From contig JAUJNY010000001.1 of the NCBI GenBank assembly GCA_030447955.1, positions 315,381 through 339,380 on the forward strand: a DNA stretch of 24,000 bases, in the 5' to 3' direction. How positions within the stretch are numbered: position 1 is the stretch's first letter; the number at the start of each line of letters is the position of its first letter. The notes under the pieces are model-generated. The model did no database searches. It worked only from the letters and a program-made list of their open reading frames with translations, and was not told the origin of the DNA. The stretch comes from Jiangellales bacterium. GTDB taxonomy: Bacteria > Actinomycetota > Actinomycetes > Jiangellales > Jiangellaceae. This document shows positions 19,754-24,000 of the stretch, in pieces. The position numbers and the translations under genes were made by a program.

Positions 19754-20364
19754 CAGGCGCCGCCGGAAATGAGCCGGCCGGGACGTGGGAAACCGTGCAG
19801 CTGAATGCTGTACTGCTCGGTGCCCTCCCGTGCGTGATCCCGATCGCGGGGTGTCGCGTCCACTGCTTCCCGAATCACATCGTTGACCCGTTCCATGAGC
19901 CCGCGCGCCTCCTGGGGTGTGAGCCAGATGGTCCAGTCGCTGTCCTCGGTGACACTCGCCCACTCCCGCGGCAGCTCGGAGCGCTCCAGCAACGAGTCCT
20001 GGAGCTGCGCCATGCCCTCCAGGACGGCTGCGTGAAGGAATGCCTGCCGAACGTGTTGGTCCTGGAGGTCGGACGGGTCCTCGTGACGCACGCGGGTGAA
20101 CTCGTGGGCCGCCCGCCACCACCGATCTCGTCTCGTTCCGCGCTCCCGGTCGTCCTCGATGAACCCGTGCAGGGCCAGCTGGCGCAGGTGGTAGCTGACG
20201 GTGCCGGTGTTCATCCCCAGCCGCGCAGCGAGCGAGGTGGAGGTCGCCGGGCCGTCCAGCCGCAGCATCTCCAGCATGCGGATCCGAACCGGATGCGCGA
20301 GGGCCTTCAACTGCGTCGGATCCGGTGTGACCTGGTTGAGATCTTGGCTCCTGGCCGCGGGCAT
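19753..20364 (-). CDS. ArsR-family winged helix-turn-helix transcriptional regulator with a C-terminal extension
   Basis: 203 aa. LKALAHPVRIRMLEMLRLDGPATSTSLAARLGMNTGTVSYHLRQLALHGFI is a canonical ArsR/HTH_20 domain. Its stop overlaps the MFS start (TGATG). Confidence 0.8.
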   Translation of the reverse strand: MPAARSQDLNQVTPDPTQLKALAHPVRIRMLEMLRLDGPATSTSLAARLGMNTGTVSYHLRQLALHGFIEDDRERGTRRDRWWRAAHEFTRVRHEDPSDLQDQHVRQAFLHAAVLEGMAQLQDSLLERSELPREWASVTEDSDWTIWLTPQEARGLMERVNDVIREAVDATPRDRDHAREGTEQYSIQLHGFPRPGRLISGGA

Positions 20365-20393
20365 ACCGGAGACAGTACAACCACAGAGGAAGG

Positions 20394-20415
20394 TCTGCAG
20401 AGGGCTCTCTGCAGA
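20394..20415. promoter_or_regulatory. Perfect 9 bp inverted repeat (TCTGCAGAG-ggct-CTCTGCAGA), candidate operator of the ArsR-MFS operon
   Basis: It lies 30-50 nt upstream of ATG 20364 on the minus strand. A TACTGT -10-like hexamer sits 7 nt before the ATG (possibly leaderless), so the palindrome falls over the -35 region. Confidence 0.35.
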
Positions 20416-20502
20416 TTGTCCGTAGGGTTGACTTCCGCGACGCCGCAGCGGGCGTGCGGCTGACGGGATCGTCTACGGGTTCGGCGAGACCGGCGCTGAT
20501 CC

Positions 20503-20646
20503 ACGGCGGCAGCTACGGGATTGAGGTCAGCTCCACGTCGGCGGGGTTCACGCCGCGCACGTCTGCCTCCACCGAGCGGCGCAGCGCCTCATGCAAGGCG
20601 CGCGGCGTCAGCACGCCAAGGAATCGCTCGCCGTCGAGCACGGCCA
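20503..20646 (-). pseudogene. Fragment: copy of the last 43 codons, stop and ~10 nt of 3' flank of the CBS-domain ABC ATPase gene
   Basis: Collinear with 22645-22788 with no gaps. 11 mismatches in 134 compared nt (about 92%). It encodes AVLDGERFLGVLTPRALHEALRRSVEADVRGVNPADVELTSIP, against ...ELASIP in the intact gene. Confidence 0.85.
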
Positions 20647-20804
20647 AGGCGAGCGCCGTCTTCGGAGCGCTGGCGGCCGGCGGGTACGGCGGGTTCGCCG
20701 CGCTGGCGCTGCGCGAGGCCGGCTTGTCCACGGGCTCCGAGCTGCCCGTCGTGACCGCGCTCACCGCGCTCGCTGGGGTGGCCGTGGCTGTCGCGGCCTG
20801 GTGG
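20642..20804 (+). pseudogene. Fragment: copy of an internal/3' piece of the DUF3180 gene
   Basis: Collinear with 16512-16674, 163 nt with no gaps and 16 mismatches (about 90%). It encodes KASAVFGALAAGGYGGFAALALREAGLSTGSELPVVTALTALAGVAVAVAAWW. Confidence 0.85.
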
Positions 20805-21215
20805 TCACGCTTGGCGCATCGGCGGTCTCCTGCTGTCGGTGGCGGGAACACCTGGATCTGCGGCACACCCGAGGCGGACAGCGGCAGCGCCGAGGCGTCT
20901 GTCAGCCGTCCAGAGTGCGGTGTCAGGAGTGAGGTGCGTCGCCGCGAGGAGTTGCGCGTCGACGTAACCGATGCCGAGCCCGAACAGCTCACGGCGCTCG
21001 ATGAGCGTCAGGACTTCGTCCGTTGTCGCGACCACCGCCTGCGGCAAGCTGGTCAACAATCCGAGGACCTCGCGACGCTGAGAAAGTTGGCCGAGCGCGA
21101 GCTCGCCGACCACCCAGGGGTGACTCAGGACGAGGCCGCGCTCGAGCAGGTGCGCGAGCGGCGGCTGTCCGGTCCTCAGATGATCAATCCAGATCGACGT
21201 GTCGACGAGGATCAC
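20805..21215 (-). CDS. vapC: Type II toxin VapC (PIN-domain ribonuclease)
   Basis: 136 aa with a GTG start. ILVDTSIWIDHLR (first acidic residue), VVGELALG, DAQLLA and LWTADRRL are typical PIN/VapC blocks. About 17 extra C-terminal residues run up to the scar boundary. Confidence 0.85.
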   Translation of the reverse strand: MILVDTSIWIDHLRTGQPPLAHLLERGLVLSHPWVVGELALGQLSQRREVLGLLTSLPQAVVATTDEVLTLIERRELFGLGIGYVDAQLLAATHLTPDTALWTADRRLGAAAVRLGCAADPGVPATDSRRPPMRQA

Positions 21216-21220
21216 GAGGG

Positions 21221-21409
21221 TTAGGCGCGGCGCCTGGGAGCCTCGGTGAGCGCAGGCTCACTGCCGCCCAGCCTCGACAGCCGCCGAGCGCTCTCTCGCT
21301 GGATGAGGGCGCGTAACGCCTCACGAACGAGAGCGCTCTTCTCCCTGGTCCCGGTGAGACGCTGCGCCTCGGCGACCAGGTCGTCGTCGAGCGCGAGGGT
21401 GGTCCTCAT
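21221..21409 (-). CDS. vapB: Type II antitoxin VapB
   Basis: 62 aa. MRTTLALDDDLVAEAQRLTGTREKSALVREALRALIQRE is the common actinobacterial VapB-type antitoxin. AAGGAG lies about 10 nt upstream, and the stop is 5 nt before vapC. Confidence 0.8.
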   Translation of the reverse strand: MRTTLALDDDLVAEAQRLTGTREKSALVREALRALIQRESARRLSRLGGSEPALTEAPRRRA

Positions 21410-21670
21410 GATCGTTTATCTCCTTGACACCCACAGCGGCATCTCATGATGACACAAACCGTGCCGTGTCGACTCGGGTAGGGCGCTCGACCCACTCGCC
21501 CGCTGCCAGACCATCCCCGCCCGCCCGACAACAACACGACCACCGAGGAGTACCCGACCTGAAGGCCATCACCGCCTGATCCCTCGTGGTCCTCAGCACC
21601 GACGCATCGGCTGGCTGTGAGACGCCGGCGTCCGGCCTCGACGTTCCGGACCCGACGACTCGCCGTGACG

Positions 21671-22510
21671 CTAGGGCATCGACGCCGCCCGACCGTCGGC
21701 CAGCACCTCGCCCAGCCGCACCCAAGCCACGGTGGCGTCGTCCGCGCGTGGGTCGTCGCCGCTGCGTCGCGTCGTGGCCTCGGCCTCGCGCACCCTGCGG
21801 ATGACCTCGGCCGGGCCGGTGCAGTCGAGCATTCGCACGACCTCGGACCAGGTGGCCAGTTGGTACGGGTCCACGATGCGGCTAGCGCCATTGCTGAGGA
21901 GGCCCACCCCGATCCCGTCGGCCAACGGCAGACTCACGCGCACCGCCTCGTCCGCCGCCCGAGGGTCGTCCTTGGCGATCCAGTACCCCTCGGACCGGTT
22001 CCGCCGCCCGCGAAAACAATCGATGACCTCCTCGAGAGCCCGATCGTGCGCCGGGGTGCCGGGCGTGACACCGTCCAACGCCGCCATGCATTCACGTCGT
22101 ACCGCGACCTCACGCCCGTCCGTCACGACCCCGATCCCTCCCGCAGTCTGGTGCAGCAGGACGAAGGAGTCGCCGAGAACCAGGACGTCCAAGCGTTGCT
22201 GCTCGACGACGCGCACCAACGCCACGGTGGCCTGTGGGCTGCTCGGGTCGCCGATGTCGCAGGTGGCCCGATGATCTTCGGCCACGTCCTCGATGGACTC
22301 CGCCAGGATCGCGGCGAGGTCGCGCCCATCGTCGCGCGAAAGCCGACCGAGCAGCGCGCCCCCGAGGCGATGGGTGTACCAGGCGACGCCGTGACGACAG
22401 ATCGATTCGGTGCCGCGGATCCCGGCGCCGTCCAAGAGCGCGACGGCACCGGCCACCGAGCCGACGAAGTCCTCGTTGGATCGGTCCGCATGCCCGGCAC
22501 TAGTCAGCAT
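21671..22510 (-). CDS. PP2C-like (PPM/SpoIIE-type) protein phosphatase domain protein, stand-alone
   Basis: Start set to ATG 22510 (GTG 22522 is possible). Motifs appear in PP2C order: RSNEDF, LLDGAGI, VLVLGDSFVLL, LLSNGASR, DDATVAWV. It resembles the ~270 aa uncharacterised actinobacterial 'protein phosphatase 2C domain-containing protein' family. Confidence 0.65.
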   Translation of the reverse strand: MLTSAGHADRSNEDFVGSVAGAVALLDGAGIRGTESICRHGVAWYTHRLGGALLGRLSRDDGRDLAAILAESIEDVAEDHRATCDIGDPSSPQATVALVRVVEQQRLDVLVLGDSFVLLHQTAGGIGVVTDGREVAVRRECMAALDGVTPGTPAHDRALEEVIDCFRGRRNRSEGYWIAKDDPRAADEAVRVSLPLADGIGVGLLSNGASRIVDPYQLATWSEVVRMLDCTGPAEVIRRVREAEATTRRSGDDPRADDATVAWVRLGEVLADGRAASMP

Positions 22511-22654
22511 CCGTACGTCCACAGCCGCACGGTATTTGGCGCTCCTCGACCCGGCGGGCGGGTTCTCCTGCCAGCAGCACTCAAAGCACGTTGCGACCAC
22601 AGCCAGCGGCGCAGCAGAGCCCCGGACGCACTTTCTTCGGTCGTACCGCGGCAG

Positions 22655-23803
22655 CTACGGGATCGAGGCCAGCTCCACGTCGGCGGGGTTCACGCCGCGT
22701 ACGTCTGCCTCCACCGAGCGGCGCAGCGCCTCGTGCAGGGCGCGCGGCGTCAACACGCCGAGGAAGCGCTCGCCATCCAGCACCGCCACCCAGCCGGCGT
22801 CCTCCTGCAGCATCGCGGAGAATGCCGTCTTGAGCGAGGCACGTGCCGGCACCCAGGCTTCCATGCGGCGTGCCCGGTCACGCACCAGACCGCCACCCAC
22901 CGCGTCGGCACCGACCCAGCCGTGCAGTCGTTCGGCGTCGTCGAGCACCACCCCCCAGCGAGCGCCCTGCGCGCGTAGCCGCGTCACCGCCTCGGCCAGC
23001 TGGTCGTCGAGGTGGACGACCGGAGGCAGCTCCAGGTCGTTCAGGTCGATCGGCGTCACCGACAGCCGCTTGAGGCCCCGGTCGGATCCGACGAAGTCCG
23101 CGACGAACGGGGTGGCCGGCGCGCCGAGCACCGTCGCCGGAGGGTCGTACTGCTCGAGGTGCCCGCCTTGGGCGAAGACCGCGATGCGGTCACCGAGCCG
23201 AACGGCCTCCTCGAGGTCATGGGTGACGAACAGGATCGTCTTGCAGACCTCGGCCTGCAGCCGCAGGAACTCCCCCTGCAGCTGCTCGCGCACCACCGGG
23301 TCGACGGCGCTGAACGGCTCGTCCATGAGCAGGACGGGCGGGTCCGCGGCCAGCGCGCGGGCGACACCGACCCGCTGGCGCTGGCCGCCGGAGAGCTGGT
23401 GGGGGTAGCGCCGCCCGTGCAGGTCCGGGTCCAGCCCGACCAGCTCGAGCAGCTCGCGGGCCCGATCCTGACGGCGCCGGCGGTCCCAGCCGAGGAGCTC
23501 CGGCACGGTGGCGACGTTGTCCTCCACCGTGCGATGCGGGAACAGCCCCACCTGCTGGATCACGTACCCCATGCCACGGCGCAGCCGTACGGGGTCACCA
23601 CCGGTCACGTCCTGCCCGTCGACGTAGATCCGGCCACTGGACGGCTCCACCAGCCGGTTGACCATCTTCATCGTCGTCGTCTTGCCGCAGCCGGACGGGC
23701 CGACGAGCGTCACCAGCGCCCCGGTAGGCACGTCCAGCGAGAGCTCCTGCACCGCGACGGTGCCGTCCTCATAGCGCTTGGAGACACGGTCCAGGCGGAT
23801 CAT
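22655..23803 (-). CDS. Glycine betaine/proline-type ABC transporter ATP-binding protein (OpuAA/ProV-like) with C-terminal tandem CBS domains
   Basis: Start set to ATG 23803 (MIRLDRVSKRYEDG), with GGAGA 4-5 nt upstream. Walker A GPSGCGKTT, signature LSGGQRQRV, Walker B VLLMDEPFSAVD, then a CBS pair. ATG 23848 is an alternative start. Confidence 0.9.
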   Translation of the reverse strand: MIRLDRVSKRYEDGTVAVQELSLDVPTGALVTLVGPSGCGKTTTMKMVNRLVEPSSGRIYVDGQDVTGGDPVRLRRGMGYVIQQVGLFPHRTVEDNVATVPELLGWDRRRRQDRARELLELVGLDPDLHGRRYPHQLSGGQRQRVGVARALAADPPVLLMDEPFSAVDPVVREQLQGEFLRLQAEVCKTILFVTHDLEEAVRLGDRIAVFAQGGHLEQYDPPATVLGAPATPFVADFVGSDRGLKRLSVTPIDLNDLELPPVVHLDDQLAEAVTRLRAQGARWGVVLDDAERLHGWVGADAVGGGLVRDRARRMEAWVPARASLKTAFSAMLQEDAGWVAVLDGERFLGVLTPRALHEALRRSVEADVRGVNPADVELASIP

Positions 23804-23875
23804 CGGGTCTCCGCTACGGTCGCCACCGTGACCGGCGTGGTCGCTCATGCGCAGACCCTGACCGAGGACTGCCTG

Positions 23876-24000
23876 GTGCGCAACGAGTGGATTTGCGCCG
23901 AGTACGTCACCACGCGCCGCGAGGAGATCCTCGCCGCACTGGGACAGCACTCGTTCATCACAGTCGTCTCCGTGGTACTGGGGGCTCTCATCGCTTTCCC
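23876..24000 (+). CDS. ABC transporter permease N-terminus (OpuBB/ProW-like), partial; runs off the right edge
   Basis: This frame is not in the ORF track because it has no stop in the window. From GTG 23876 it reads VRNEWICAEYVTTRREEILAALGQHSFITVVSVVLGALIAFP, resembling osmoprotectant permease N-termini. GAGGA lies 7 nt upstream. GTG 23828 and 23837 are alternative starts. Confidence 0.5.
   Translation, partial: MRNEWICAEYVTTRREEILAALGQHSFITVVSVVLGALIAF

Noticed and set aside
19754-20380. N-terminal 209-codon extension of the MFS ORF (18479..20380)
   Set aside because: It overlaps the well-supported ArsR-like gene in another frame, and the translation is Arg/Pro/Gly-rich. ATG 19753 is coupled to the regulator stop.
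20454-21224. 256 aa plus-strand ORF and 159 aa minus-strand ORF (20513..20992) spanning the scar
   Set aside because: They are composites of the two gene-fragment copies plus antisense of vapC. Neither is a coherent protein.

Overview
High-GC (roughly 70%) Actinomycetota chromosomal window. I found no rRNA, tRNA, CRISPR array, transposase or integrase. Positions 1-16743 are core genome. They hold a near-complete ECF sigma gene that runs off the left edge, then an Fe(III)-type ABC importer (lipoprotein SBP, double-domain permease, ATPase), a GNAT acetyltransferase and ppa. Next comes the conserved actinobacterial block dacB / rpf / Zn-metalloprotease / tilS / hpt / ftsH / folE-folP-folB-folK / DUF3180, in the same order as M. 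tuberculosis Rv3627c..Rv3605c as I recall it, except that rpf is extra. rpf is preceded by a clearly recognisable ydaO-type c-di-AMP riboswitch whose 3' strand abuts the Shine-Dalgarno sequence. The folE-folP spacer is about 300 bp and is filled with tandem palindrome-containing repeats. From 16744 to about 22645 synteny breaks into a ~5.9 kb accessory patch made of two modules. Module 1 is a LanC-like pseudogene, an unexplained ~400 bp stretch, and an ArsR-like regulator plus MFS transporter operon. Module 2 is vapBC plus an orphan PP2C-like phosphatase. The modules are separated by a chimeric scar at 20503-20804. The scar is a ~92% copy of the 3' end of the downstream CBS-domain ABC ATPase gene joined, at a GCCA microhomology, to a ~90% copy of an internal piece of the upstream DUF3180 gene. 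That permuted order is what the novel joint of a tandem duplication, or of a circularised and re-integrated chromosomal segment, would look like. The window ends with an OpuA/ProV-like ABC ATPase and the start of a divergent permease. I see no recognisable complete new multi-gene system. The most unusual items are the recombination scar, the folE-folP minisatellite and the vapBC/PP2C-like module. All homology calls come from reading the translations, since no searches could be run.
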